A DNA stretch of 64,000 nucleotides, taken from contig OX597815.1 of the NCBI GenBank assembly GCA_951406725.2, positions 74,338,001 to 74,402,000 on the forward strand, written 5' to 3'. Below the pieces are notes generated by a model. It was not told the origin of the DNA, ran no database searches, and saw nothing but the letters and a program-made list of their open reading frames with translations. The position numbers were made by a program, and so were the translations under genes. This document shows, in pieces, positions 38,347 to 52,049 of the stretch. The DNA is from Octopus vulgaris (lineage: Eukaryota). Every line of letters begins with the position of its first letter. Position 1 is the stretch's first letter.

Positions 38347-41300
38347 GTGAAAGTAAATATTTTAAAAAGGCAGTTTGAAAAAGTTCTGCAAATTTCTCAA
38401 AGCTCCAGATTCAATTAAATTATGTAATCCTTATGAATATGTAACTTATTTGTATTTTTAAATCTAATATCTATATATTTTGGTCATTATGTATTTGTCT
38501 TCAGTGTGTCTTAAAGAGACAGTCATTGCATTATACTTTTTTTTTGTGTGTGTATAAATTGATATAGAAAACTGATTAGATGCTTCGCTTGAATCCCAGA
38601 TATGCCTTATAGCTTATAATTGTTTATAACAGAGATAACTGTTAAGTCATCTAATGCTGTGGGTCAAATTTGGTACTGTAAAGCCTCAAAGCACTTGACT
38701 GGATAGTTGAAAACAGTTTTAACCTAGGAAGATGTCAGTGCCTTGCTCAAGGGCTAAAGTGAATTTTAATTAGTGTGTTTTGATTTAAAGGTTCTGGTTA
38801 ATTAATTTCTGAATTTTTCTTTTATGGAACATTTTTCTTTATCTTAAAATTTCATTTATTGATGATCGAAAGACTTGATTTTGTGTGAATATATATATTC
38901 CCACATACATGCCCTCTAACACACAAATATTTGGTTTTGTCTATTAACAACCTGTATTCCAATTGTGTCTAGGTGATTTTGCGTTATGCCTCTTTGGTGT
39001 CCAAATTAATTCCATTCAAGTACATACTTGATATGTATACATACACCCTATTGATACATACATGCTCTATCCTTAGAATCTGTCCTCCAGTATGGGCACA
39101 ACCTAATGATCATAACCAGTCAAAGAACAAAAAATATATACTTAAAGACAGACTTTCTTATAAATATATTTTACTTCTTTAATGATTCTGTTTATCCATA
39201 GAACCATAAAAAACACACATTAAATACATATATATGACATACATACACGTGTACACAAACATGCATGCACACACGGTGCTGATCATATATTGGTAGAAGT
39301 ATATGCTTATGAATAGAATTTATTTTTTAGATGTTTTTCATGTTCAATCTGAAAGGCAATATTAGTAATTTGAAATTATTTACCCTTTGTTTAAATGAAT
39401 TATTGATTTGTAAACCAGTGAATGAAAATAGCTATGAAAAAAAAATATGACAGGGAACCTTTTATCAGTAATATGTGAAAAAGAAACAATGTATTTTTAC
39501 ATTACAATTTTGAAGGTGGTGATTTAAATGGTTTGTTTTAAATATCAAATGAACTTAATTGTAAGAATGCTTAATTATTTGCATACATACACGAGTTCAT
39601 TATATACTCGTTCATTCAGATTTGCATATGCTTAATCAAATTAAAAACTCATTTAAAATTTATCTATATATTGGTATATTTTACTACTGTTTGGGATAAC
39701 AACACCCTACAAATGTTGGGCAAATTTGGAATATTAGTTGCAAAAATATAAATATTCTTTCATTATTTTTCTATGAATTCTTCCCCACTCATGCTAATAC
39801 AGCTGTATTCCCACAACTCCTCCTGCTCTTTTGATCAAATTCAGGGAATGACTTATTTTATATTTCTAACCTGTGCTAGATATATTTTTTTGTAATCTTT
39901 CATTGTGTTGGAAATTTTATTCTTCTGCATTTTAGTTTTGCTACAAGCAACAAAATCTACCCCCCCACACACACTGATGTTGGTAATGAGGAAATATTTT
40001 GCAGTCCTCTTATTTGAAAGCATCATTATTTTTTGTCTATTACCAAATGAATTATAATTAAAATATTTTTTATTGATTTTGTTTTTTTTAAAGAAAAATA
40101 TATTTATAAAGTTTCAAAGTAGAGTTGAAAAGCTCCAATACTGTATTAAAAAATAGAAAGAAATGAACATAAAATAATTCCCTATTTTTATTATAGACAA
40201 TGTTTTGTTTAAAAAAAAGTATTTTCTTTTCTCAATGGTTTTTTATGCATTTTTCTTACGTGTCATAGAATAGTCTGTTTTAATGAACTCCAAAATAATT
40301 TCTACTTAATAATAGCTGATATAAATGTTGGTTGGTTGCTTGGTAGATTCTTCATCACTCTTCACGTATAGAGAGGGGGAGAGTGAGGTTAAAAGAGAAA
40401 TAAGGTGTTAATTTAAGAGATACAAGATGAATGTTTTATGGTTTTCTAAAAAATACACATTTTTAAATGAAATTTTCTAAGGGTAGGTTTTCAATGACAG
40501 ATTTATGTTGATAAAATTTACAAAGAAATAATACATTTATTGCAATTATGCAAATGAGAAATTTGTTTTAATTTTATTTTAAAGTAATATTTTTCTTTTG
40601 AAAATTAATATTAGTCTCATCTCATTCTTTCTCCCTTTCCTGATCAACTATTCATGTACCTCCTCTGCAGCAAAACATGCATTTCAGTCCATCTTTCCTA
40701 CCTACCCTCTCTATATCTAGCACAAAGCAACTTCCCTCAATACTGCACTACTACTCAGTTGAGTAGTATTGTCTTGTGAGTTACTTGGTGATATCACTAG
40801 TGTTTGTGTCACATAAAGTACCCAGTACACTCTGAAAATTGGTTGGCATTAGGAAAGGCATCTGGCTGTAGAAACCTTGCCAAAGCATACACTGGAGACC
40901 AATAGGTTAGTCAGATCCTGTTGGTCAGTCCAACTCTTCCAGGCATGGAACACATTCATTAAATGATGTTGATAATAATTTCATTGTTTTGTATAGGCAT
41001 CAAGGAAAGAAATTTGATAAACGTTGAATTATAGTTATTATATATATACCATATTTCCTGATATTGCCCAATGGTAGCAAATGTATACTTCCAGAATCAC
41101 CCATCATATGATAACTAACACTCTAGTTTTAAGAAGAGTAATTCAAAGAAATGTAAAATATTAAGAGTTTTGTATAGAATGCAGGAATCTAAATAAGACT
41201 TTGCTCGGAATATAATCAAATATGATTACTATTTAAGGATTTATAGGTTTTATAGATTGATTGGGTTTGGAGTTATTTGGATTATTCAGTAAATTACAGG

Positions 41301-41386
41301 TCCAGATATGGCTGTGAAATTACGGAGTTCACTTTGCAACCATGTGCTTTTGTATTTAGTCCCACTGTGTTGCACCCTGGGCTGAG

Positions 41387-41471
<85 letters not shown>

Positions 41472-41734
41472 TCAGACTTCATGAAGACCATCATCATTGG
41501 TTTATAGTCTCTGCTCAATATGTTCAGTCTTCTTGCGTGAAAATGAAAATCTGAGCATGCTCTACACATCTGTATTCTAGGGTGTAATAGCCAGGGACTA
41601 ATGTGGCCTACTGGTGCAAAAATTTTGCCACATGTGCAGGAAGAGTGGCGTCATTTCCCACCCAAAAGATTTTGCCCTCACAACATTAGTTTTTGCCAGA
41701 AAAAAATGAAGTCAGATACTTTTTGAATGCACCT

Positions 41735-41873
41735 TATATATATATATATATATAACGGCAGTTTGTACCAAAATTTTTTTTCCATTTTTTTCTATTTTTT
41801 GGCTATAACTCTCTAAAAATGCTTTATAGTTATTTCCCTTACAAACCCGAGCAACGCCGGGCGATACTGCTAG
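41735..41873 (+). mobile_element. Short non-autonomous Helitron-like element (3' end) inside a (TA)n tract
   Basis: Ends in GC-rich hairpin CCCGAGCAACGCCGGG, a short spacer, then CTAG followed by T, the canonical Helitron 3' terminus. CpGs are retained. Confidence 0.75.
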
Positions 41874-43551
41874 TATATATATATATATATATATATTATA
41901 TATGAAAATCAATATTACATGAAGGAAGGTTTGTTTTTGTAATCATCCTTAGTTTCTAAAGTTAGGTCATTTGGTGAAGTGGAAGCTGGCTTATTGTGTG
42001 ATAAAAATCTATGTTTGCATTGATACTTGTATTGGCCTGCATATCCTACCAAAAATAAATATGAAACACAAGTACCTAATGTATATTAGTAGAAATGCTG
42101 AAACATTGATAGAATTAATGAATATTTGTATATGAACCAATGTCAATACATGTAACTTAATTTGCTATAGCCTTAACAAGCTAGCATGGTTACAAGTAAC
42201 TGAAATGATGATGTTTTTGTCAAAGCACTAAGTAGTTTATGCTAATAATATGGTTACATGGCTAATAAAACTAAACCATGTTTCTGTTATACAAATATTG
42301 TCTGTAAATGGATACTGGTGTAGCAGTAACAGTTAGTACACATGCACACCGTTATCAACATCATCATCATCATATGTCCACTTTTCATGTTTGCACGGAT
42401 CAGATGGATTTGTCGAGGCAGATTTTCTATGGCCAGATGCCATTCCTATTGCCAACTCACATGTGTTTCTACATAAGGTAATATTTCCCCTAGGCCAGAT
42501 ATGTTTCTACAGAGGGCTGGAAATACTATTTGTAAACAGTAACACTTGTTTACAACTATCATGTTCTCTCAAGACAAGGAGACAGTAACAAATATGCACA
42601 CATATACATACATTCATGTATGTGTGTATGTGTAGGGCTTCTTTCAGTTTTCGTCTACCATATCCACTCACACATCTTTGGTTGGCCTAGGTCTATTGTA
42701 GAAAGCATTTATCCAAGTGCCACACTATGGAACTGAACTTGAAACCAATGTGAATGTCAAACAAATTTCTTAAACCAGCCAGCCAGCCATGCTTGCATCT
42801 ATTATTCATATTCATATCTGCACCTATATTACAAACTTATTTTAGAAAATTTAAATTTGATTTCATTTATAGCTTAATGGCATGCATTATGATGTGTACA
42901 GACATTCTATAGGCTTTATGTCCAGGTTGTATCTTACACATTATGCTTTTAGTTTTGTTAGGGATCATACTTTACATTAGCATAGTGTGATTTGCTCTGT
43001 GAAGTGTCATGGAGAGACAATAGGATAAATCAGATTTTAGCGGCAAACTTATTTGTTTGATTGTAGTCTAATTACACCTATTCCATGCTTATTATTAACA
43101 TAGTATTTCAAAGCAGACAATTTGTATTTGAAACTTGGTGATTTTTAATTTTTTGTTATCTTGCTTCTAAAGAAATTTGCCTGCTACACTAAGTGAGGCT
43201 TTTCTGTTTTAATAGTTCTCTGTTGTATTCAAAGGTTTTTTTGTTTCTGTTTTGAGCACATTCTAAATTTGATATGATTTATGATCACTGATTTGAATAC
43301 CATACAATTTGAACAACCTCTACGAGAGATTTTGGCCAAAGGAAATAAATTCTTGTTTGTGTCCTTTTTTTAAAGTTAGCATCATTATCTTAGACAATGA
43401 CATTTCAACTATATTGCTGGCTTGGTGACATGATCCTTTTCTGTATTTCTCTAATTTATAAAGAGATCCTAGTTCTCTATCTCAAGAGGAGAACAAGGGG
43501 CAATGCAAGCACATGCACACACATTGCATACTTAATATATAGACACACTTG

Positions 43552-43760
43552 GGCAGCAAGCTGGCAGAATTGTTAGCACACCAGACAAAATGCTTCGCAG
43601 TATTTCATCTGCTGTTCTGAGTTCAAATTCCACCAAGGTTGACTTTGCCTTTCATCCTTTCGAGGTTAGTAAATTAAGTACCAGTTGCATACTGGAGGTG
43701 ATCTAATCAACTGGCCCCCTCCCCCCAAATTTCAGGCCTTGTGCCTAGAGTAGAAAAGAA
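43552..43760 (+). mobile_element. Solo copy of the (ATT)-tailed tRNA-related SINE family
   Basis: A-box-like AGCTGGCAGAAT, B-box-like GAGTTCAAATTCC, body shared with the array units. Confidence 0.8.
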
Positions 43761-44882
43761 TATATACACACACTATATAGTCAATACATATATTTAGATA
43801 CATCTGTACATGATCACAAAGACCTGTACATACATGCACACACGTGCGCGCACACACACACACACACATGTTGTACTGGCACAAGTACAGACATTTAGAT
43901 TAAATCTATTGTCAAGTATGATTTATTGTCAGAACAGAGATCTTTTGTTCAAAGAAGAGTTTAACCCATTTTTTAATATTTTTTTATTATTATTACCCTG
44001 CCTTAATTGATCTTCTTGATTATCTGGGACTGTGTCAGTCTGACATATTTCTTCTTTACAGGTTCAGTGAAGCTTGTATGTATTGTCACCTACAATAGCT
44101 GCTCTGTTTTAAACAGTCTCATACGTCGTCTCCTTCAAGTGTACCTGTCTTCAGTCATATCCGCTGCTAATCTTCCAATGAGACATTATCTTGTGTGAAC
44201 CCCTAATATTTCTTTTGGTTTAACTGAGAAATTTAAAAGAAAGATTAAAAGTACTTTTTGTTTTTATCAGTTTACTTCTGTTTAAATTTCGACTAGAAGT
44301 GTTTAGTGTCTACCTAAATAGATATTGTATGCATACATGAAATATGACTATTTTTGCTCTGGATTGTTGGACTTCATTACCCCTTATTGTAATGATAAAT
44401 ATTAATCTCTTAATTTCTTGACTTTAACAAATATGTAATAAGATCTCTTGCAGAAAATATAAAATATTTGTTTCACTCTGCTTACTCTCCAGTCATAGAT
44501 GCCATCATTTATACAGTAGTCGCTGTGTGTAAGGTTAACTGTAAGAAATAATAATGAATGCTCTATGATTCTTCTCATTGACTCTTTATCTTGCGTTTGC
44601 TATAATTAACATAATTAATTCTTTAATTCCTTGTTTATATATAAAATGAAAACAAACTCCGTATTCCTTTGTTAAAATCTAACGACTTATCTTGCCTCTC
44701 AGCTCTCTGCTAGTTTTCCAGTTGGTCTTTATTTTTGAAACTAATGAGAACTGGTTCTAACATGAATGGAGAAGATAAAATATGAAGTGACAAAATTGTT
44801 CAGATTTTTTTTTTCAAGTTTTTATTTTCTATAACAATTGTATTTTTCAGTCTTTATTTTCTCATGATTTTTTTCCCTCCAG

Positions 44883-44944
44883 AAATGTGGCAGTTGAAGA
44901 TGAATACACTACAAGATTAAAGCAATTGACTAAGAAGATTCAGT
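44883..44944 (+). CDS. FAM13A: FAM13-like exon 7 (NVAVEDEYTTRLKQLTKKIQ)
   Basis: Acceptor ttttccctccag|A and donor T|gtaagt. QLTKKIQS resembles FAM13A QLTRRIQS. Confidence 0.9.
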
Positions 44945-47039
44945 GTAAGTTCTATTTAGTTGTAACTTGGGAAGGTCATCTATCTAATAATCTACTTGTT
45001 TGTTCAGCTGTTATAATTTAGTTAGAGGTGGAGTAAAAGTGAGAGAGAGAGGGAAGGAATATGAGTAGAGAAGAAAGAAGGAAGAAGCAGAAAAAGATGT
45101 ATAATAAGGCCAAATGGTTAGTTGAAGGGAGAGGTTAAGAGCAAGAGAAAAAGACAGTGAAAGAAAAGGGGGAGAGAGGTGTTAATGTATTGTAGGGTGG
45201 GGAGAGAAAGATAAAGATAAATAGATATGTTTAGGATACAATATTTAGTGACGTTCTGGTGGTGAGGTTGAAGAAAGGCTGATAGAGAGAGATGGACAGG
45301 GGAGGTAGTTATGTTAAGAGAGAGAGAGAGAGAGAGAGGCAGAAACATATCAGATTTGTATTGTCAGAGTAGAGATACATTGGCAGCAAGAAAAAGTAGA
45401 TATAAACAAACAGCTGAACTGAAATTAAATGAGCTTTGTTACTGGAAACTATAGTAATGATGATGATGGCGGTGGTGGTGGTGTGTTGATAGTGAAAAGT
45501 GTTTTTTTTTTAATCAAATTAAATCTATGAAATTTTTCTTCTACATATTTGTTCACACTTTATGCTTTAGTTTGTTAGGAAGAGTTGGAGGAAGAGAAAT
45601 GAAGAGGGAATGTGAAAGTGAGTGAGAGAGCAGATAGCCAGCCAGTGCATTATGCTGTCACTTATGTGGTTAGTGGAAGTGAGAGGTGAAGAGAAAGAGA
45701 AATGTTAAAGACATGAAGAAGGGAATTACATGATTAAAAAGTTTGTTGAAGAGGTAGAGAGAAAGAGAGAAATATAAAGTGCTTAACAGAGGTAAATTTT
45801 AAAATCATATAATATATCATTGTGACTGGAAGTGAAATACGTATCAAAATAAAAATCATCCTTTCTTTCTTAAATAGCTTCTCTTAACCTTTTTTATTCT
45901 GTAGAATTTCCACAGGTCCCGCTAGTTATGTCAATAAAAAACACACACACACACACATTGGTTCAATTTCATTTTTTTTATTATCATTCATCATTTGATT
46001 AGCTTTGTGGCCAACCAACTAACTAACTGAGTACTTGATTGATCATTTGGTTAATCAATTAATCAGTTGTGTTTGCTGAAATCCTTTCTTCGTCATTTAC
46101 AACCTCTTCAATGATTTACTACCTCTCTACTCTAAACTATCTTGGGATGGCAGTCACAGCATGGCAGACTCATTCTAGCTATTGAATGACACACAGAAAC
46201 CATTAACTTCATTTAGTTCTTTATTACTTGGTATGAAAATTTTTCCATGTGAAGGGAGGTCAATAAGAATTACCTGGCTTAAGTGGAAAGAAGCTGCATA
46301 TTGGTTGACCATGTATTTAGAAAGCCAACATTTTTTTAGCCCTTCATAGTGCAAACGTGGCCCTGGCTATTTGAGGGATTTGTTTTGCAATTATATGTGA
46401 TTGGGTTTGAACTAACTGCATGGCACTTTGCATGAATAAGTGTCTTTTACAACCATGAATCTACCAATGCCATGTGAGAGAATTTGGTTGGCAGAAACTA
46501 CAGGAAACACATTGAATATGTACATGGCACATGTGGATGTCACTGCTTGAGTGAAGCTTTTTTCTGATGTTAACATCTTTGTTGACATGACCAGTTACTA
46601 GGTCCTTTTGAAGACATGCAGAATGAAGAAATCGTTTACTTGAAAAACAAGTAAGTGTTGGCACCAGGAAGAACATCCAACCATAAAAATTATACCTCAA
46701 ATAACTCTCTGTTAAAATCCATGTAAGCATGGAAAAACAGATGTTAAACAAAACAATGATTCTCAAAATATTGTAGCATTATCATAGGAATCTTGAAGCT
46801 GAGCTATTATTGAACCATTAAAATTGTCAAATTTGGCCATTGAATTATATTGAATATGAGCAAAACGCCCCACCTCCCTGTCCAATGGACGGTGCTGAGT
46901 TGTCAAACATTTAAACCAAATTTTCTTAAAACAACTTGTCCGACCGTCCCATAGGCCTCCCCTTTGAGAAACACTGATTTAACTTAAATTTGAGACACCA
47001 ACAAAAGATGGATTTCAACTGATGTACATGCACATACAA

Positions 47040-47225
47040 ATGCACGTTCCCACGGCTTTATCAATCACATTCTCACCTGGAATCGATTTTTGTATTTTTT
47101 TCAAGACTTATACACACCCTGATACCGTCGGTATCTACGTATCAAATTTGAGCGCAATCGGATGGAGGATGCCTGAGATCCTAGAAGACACATACACAGA
47201 CAGACAACGGATTTTATATAATAGA
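47040..47225 (-). mobile_element. Helitron-like 5' terminal fragment
   Basis: Minus strand begins A|TCTATTATATAAAATCCGTTGTCTGTCTGTG...CCGATTGCGCTCAAATTTG. CpG-rich relative to flanks; no clear CTAG 3' end. Confidence 0.55.
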
Positions 47226-48023
47226 TTATTTGTACTAAGATATTTTTTATTTTTTGTTTTTCTTTTCTCCTTTGCTGGGTCTACTTGTTTCTTCAGATTT
47301 ATAAGAAATACTTGGTTAGAAACTGAAATCTTTCTGAATTTATCTCAGCTGAGAATCTTTAAAAAAAAATTTTCTTAACAATTTAAAAAAACTTTTATGG
47401 ATATGCCAGATTCAAAGCATCTTTTGACTCAACTATTTAAGCTATCTTATATTATGAGGAATTGGTAAGGCTGTTTGAGCATCAGAGTAAATGCCTTGCA
47501 GTATTTGTTTCAGCTCTACTTTCTGACTTGAAATCCTGCTGAAGTCAACTCTGCATTTTTAGAGTCAATAAAATTAAGAGCTTGTCAAGTACAAACCCCT
47601 CCCCACTATAAAAAAGAAAAAAAAAAAGAGAGTATTGCCTTGCTGGTATGTCAGAAATTATTATATGCTATATTAGTGCAAGTTGAAACTGTCCTATTTT
47701 TTTTTCACTCCACAGTGCAAATAGCTCATTTGAATTTTAGGCTGACCTTGATCTTTTTCTGTGTTACTTTCTAAAAATACTTTTTACAAAACATTTTAAC
47801 AGTCAGAATTGTTCTAGAAAATTTTCAGTCAATTTAGCATCAATTTAAGAAAGAAATGCGTTTCTCATTTGCTTCTCACTGCTATGCTGTCTTTTTAGCT
47901 TAGGATAAAATCTTTCAGCAATTTTGGTAATCCAATGTTTGTGTGTGTGAGGGGGAAGGAGAATAAAGTAAATGAATAAATATCTAAATAATCTTGAAAT
48001 ATATTACTTTTTAATGTTACTAG

Positions 48024-48082
48024 CTCTGAGGAAAAAGATAAAGTTATTTGAAGAAAACTTTGAGCGAGAGCATGGATACCGA
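48024..48082 (+). CDS. FAM13A: FAM13-like exon 8 (SLRKKIKLFEENFEREHGYR)
   Basis: Acceptor tactag|CT and donor CGA|gtaagt. Matches the FAM13 motif LKKKIRKFEDRFEEEKKYRP. Confidence 0.93.
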
Positions 48083-48606
48083 GTAAGTCAAACCCATTTA
48101 TTTTTTATTTTTGAAAATATATTGATAAAAAAATTATAAATAGAAATTTTATATGTATTTATATGTATGTTTGTGTCTTGTCTTGACTTTGCATGACAGT
48201 TGTAAATGAGTGTCACTGTCATACAAGCAGTGTTGTTCATTTCTAACATTCTGCAAGAACATGTTTAGCCATGGGGAAATATTATCTTGCTTGGAAACAG
48301 ATGAGTGATAATGATAGGAAGGGCATTAAGTCATAGAAAAATCTGCCTCAATAAATTCCACCCAACTCGTGCAAGCACGGAAAAGTTGACATTAAATTGA
48401 TGATGATGAAAGTGGTCAAGTTCCTACAGGACTAATATTGGTTAGTATCATCTATGGATGCTGTGATTTTATGGTTTTGATCCTTCTTCAGACTTAGGAG
48501 AATGAATGGTTATATACCATTGATAAAGCGAGGTGGCACTTTAGGCATCAAACTGTAGGATGTAGCTGTTGAAAGACTCAATGAGCTTTGAAACAACCAG
48601 AGCTGA

Positions 48607-48772
48607 ATAATATTAATAATAATAATATCAAAAAATACCTTAGGGATGAGAACCCAGGTTCAAAATGTCCCCAAGACACCTGATGAAGGCTGGAGGGTAT
48701 ATCAGCCGAAACATGTTAACAACAAACAAGATGAGGACAAATATCCATCAAATGTAAATAGTGTAAATAACG
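48607..48772 (+). mobile_element. Short Penelope-like/retrozyme-type insertion carrying a minimal hammerhead motif
   Basis: 12-bp duplication AACCAGAGCTGA at 48595-48606 and 48773-48784. Internal CTGATGA-A-GGCTG...CAGCC-GAAAC. Confidence 0.75.
48675..48720 (+). ncRNA. Minimal type I hammerhead ribozyme motif (probably degenerate copy)
   Basis: Core CUGAUGA (48680-48686), stem II GGCUG/CAGCC, GAAA (48708-48711), palindromic ACAUGU mini stem III. The stem I 3' arm is imperfect. Confidence 0.65.
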
Positions 48773-49252
48773 AACCAGAGCTGATGTTTACCAGAGACTT
48801 GCTGTTGTTGACTTAGGCATTCTGCTTGTTTTTCACATTGAATCAAGGAGAGAGAGAGAGAGATCTGGGTAGAAAGAAACAGTATGAAAAAGTTAAAAGT
48901 AAAAGGCCCACAGTGAACTAAATATTTAATATATTGTTTTCTCTAACCTCATTTATAATGCCGCCCCCCAGATATTCATTATACTGTTTGCTCTATTAGA
49001 TGTCATTTAAAGCTATTAAAGATGTGTTAGTAACATTAGAGTGGAGTACAAAGAATATCTTCCATAATTGAAAGATTTAGTAATATGATGAGATGTGATA
49101 AATATATGGCTTCACCTTGTGTTTGGTGAAGCATAAGGCGTTGTTGATGAGGGCTGTCAATAAATATTTGATGACTATTTGTTAGGCTAGGATTCTCATT
49201 CAATTTCTATGTTACAAAGGAACTGAATTTTCCTCTTTGGGTTTCATTGCAG

Positions 49253-49334
49253 CCATCACAGAGTGATAAAACTGCTAAAGCTGAAATCAAGAAATACATG
49301 GCAGATTTGGCTAAAGCAAGAAAGGAAATCAAAA
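49253..49334 (+). CDS. FAM13A: FAM13-like exon 9 (PSQSDKTAKAEIKKYMADLAKARKEIK)
   Basis: Acceptor cattgcag|CCA and donor A|gtaaag. Matches FAM13 [27 protein letters not shown]. Confidence 0.92.
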
Positions 49335-49359
49335 GTAAAGTATATTTTCACATTCTATG

Positions 49360-49409
<50 letters not shown>

Positions 49410-50783
49410 ATGTATTTGTGTGTGTGTGAACACACACACACCCTCACACACACCTTGTTGAATGTATTTATTGCTGTGTTATTAAAATGTCGATATATTC
49501 GCAATGGGAAATGGCTTGAAATGAGATTCTCATCTTTGTGCATCACTTTTCCAAATCAGTTGGTATCTATCTAGACAAATCATTGTCCATGTTCCTGGCA
49601 TTATTTGACAGAATTGCACATCTACATACATGCCAAATTTGCTGAAATGTGCAATGTGTGTGTGTGCACACATGCACACACCTACACGTCTAACAATCAT
49701 ACAGTGTACTTTCATTACACTCAACACAATGGAGGGCAGGTTATAACAGGGTTTGTATGCAGAACATCCTATGCATTGCTAATGCTTACTTGACCAGATG
49801 TGTGCTACAAATACTTGCTAGATTTTTATATGATACAAATAATCAGCTGTTATACTCCAGCTGGTGTGTGCACATGCATGGAGGAAAGGTGTGCACGTGC
49901 ATGGATGGCAGGTATGCACATGTATGGATATGCACATGTGCAAGTGGCAGCATGTATACTGGCTGTCGTATATGTAACCTCATAGTCTCATACACACACT
50001 TATACAATGCAATTACATACACCATCCAGTAATTCTGAGCATTTAGCAGTCACACACATGCACTCACACACAGACCTAGTAGTCACATATGTACACATAC
50101 ACCTGATTGTCTCACACATCCAACTGTTGTATGCACCATATGCTTGACGGTTGCATACACTCAGCAGCTGCATCCACATTTGTTTGTCACATATCTGGCA
50201 CTCACATGCACACACACATCTGGTCATAATATACCGACACACATACAAGCCAGACAAACAGTCAAACACAGCAAAGTGCTAAAATATGTCCCCTTTTGTG
50301 CACTGCTTATGACTAATGTACATGCATGATACACATAGTGTGCACAGACATACAGTACACATAACATACACATACAATATGTGACTCTCATTAGCAATTT
50401 TGCTAGTGCTGGTGGCATGGAAAAATGCACCAAGTACATGCTGTAAAGTGGTTAATCTTAGGAAGGGTCTCCATCCACAGAAACCACACAAAGTAGATAC
50501 TGGTGTTTGATGCAGTCCTTGAACTCATCAGATCTTGTCAGCCTGTCCAGCCAATGTCAGCATGGAAGATGAATGTTAAATGATGATAATGATATCAGTC
50601 ACACAATACTTAAACATGTTTATACTTAACTTGCATATGTAATTATAACATGACTTTCAAATGGAAGAATTACAAGCACTTATAAAGACTTGGTTATAGT
50701 TTGAAATGGTGCACTTAGTTTTGAGGATTTTAACTTTGAAAACCACCTGAAATCTTAACATCCATTTCACTTTTTTTGTATAG

Positions 50784-50953
50784 AACTGAAAGAAGAAGCT
50801 GAAATGAGTAGTCGCAGTCGGCATGGAAGTGGAGCATCATCTGGCGGTTCTGAATCTCCAACTACTGTTCCAACAATGGAACAGACTCTTGAGTCCATTA
50901 TCAAGAAACTGAAAGAAAAACGTAGAGATGCCAGACGCCCTGAAGAACTGGAG
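50784..50953 (+). CDS. FAM13A: FAM13-like exon 10 (LKEEAEMSSRSRHGS...PTMEQTLESIIKKLKEKRRDARRPEELE)
   Basis: Acceptor tttgtatag|AA and donor GAG|gtaaca. Matches FAM13 PSVEATLESIQRKLQEKRAESSRPEDI. Confidence 0.93.
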
Positions 50954-52049
50954 GTAACAATTGTATTTACACATCCACAATATTAATGTTGTTGGACATG
51001 TTGTTGTGTGAGATGGTGATGTGTCACTGACAATATATCAACAATATTAGTATAAGCTGTTTTAAAAAATAGAGAAGTCTTTATGATGGCCAGATTTTTT
51101 TGTGTGATTAAGAAGTTCATTTAGCAGCCACCTGGTTTTAGGTTCAGTTCTACTAATCACACCTTCAGCATCTGTCTTCTGCTGTAGCCCTGGACCTATC
51201 AAAGCTTTGTGAATGGATTTGGTTAGGCAGAAATTGGAAGAAGCCCATCATACACATATATGCATGTATTTGTTCACATGCTTGAGTGTGTGTGCAGCGG
51301 TGGCGGCGGTGGCACTTTACAAAATATGTGCCGGATGTTTTCATTTTTAGTCCACTATTAATTCACTTCAAAGTTCAGATGTGACTGACACTAAAGTACT
51401 GCTTCTACATTTGGGACAATGCTGTTTCTATACATGCATGTGCATGCACACACACACATTATGACAACACCTAACGAAAGGCTACTCGATTAACATGCAG
51501 TTGCTCAGAATCACACTTCAACCTCTGTCCTCCTACTACTGTGGTCTCTGGTTTTTGGAGATGGCCAGTCTAATGTCATTTCCTCTCAGGCATTTCTGAT
51601 TCACTCATCTCTTTTTATCACTCCTATTGAGTTCATACCAAGCCCCATGCCAATTCCTTGTTATACCCAATCCTTTCCTATTAAAACATCATCCCTCTGA
51701 AATTCCCTCCTAACTTGTAGTTTTCCTGTAGCTGTTGACTTGCCACTATTCAAGTGAAATGTTAATTATATTGATCTCACCAGTCTTGCATAAAGGTGCC
51801 CCTCACCACTCAGGGATCATAGTCTTTCAAGCTGCATGGCCACCTTACTAAGACTGCTGGCATAGTAAAAGCACACTACATGCTTACATGCTGTAAAGTG
51901 ATTGGCATTAGGAAGGGTACTCAGCCATAGAAACCATGCCAAAGCAGACACTAGAGTATGTGTCTATCTGATCTTGTCAAACTATTCAACTTATGTCAGC
52001 ATGAAGCATGGATGTTCAATGATGATGATGATGATAAAGTTTAGTGAAG

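Noticed and set aside
44062-44198. Good acceptor (ttctttacag|G) with a possible 14-nt microexon (donor gtatgt at 44076) or terminal exon ORF
   Set aside because: In the phase required after exon 28280 it reaches TAG quickly or shifts the frame; no family similarity. It cannot be excluded as an alternative last exon without RNA data.
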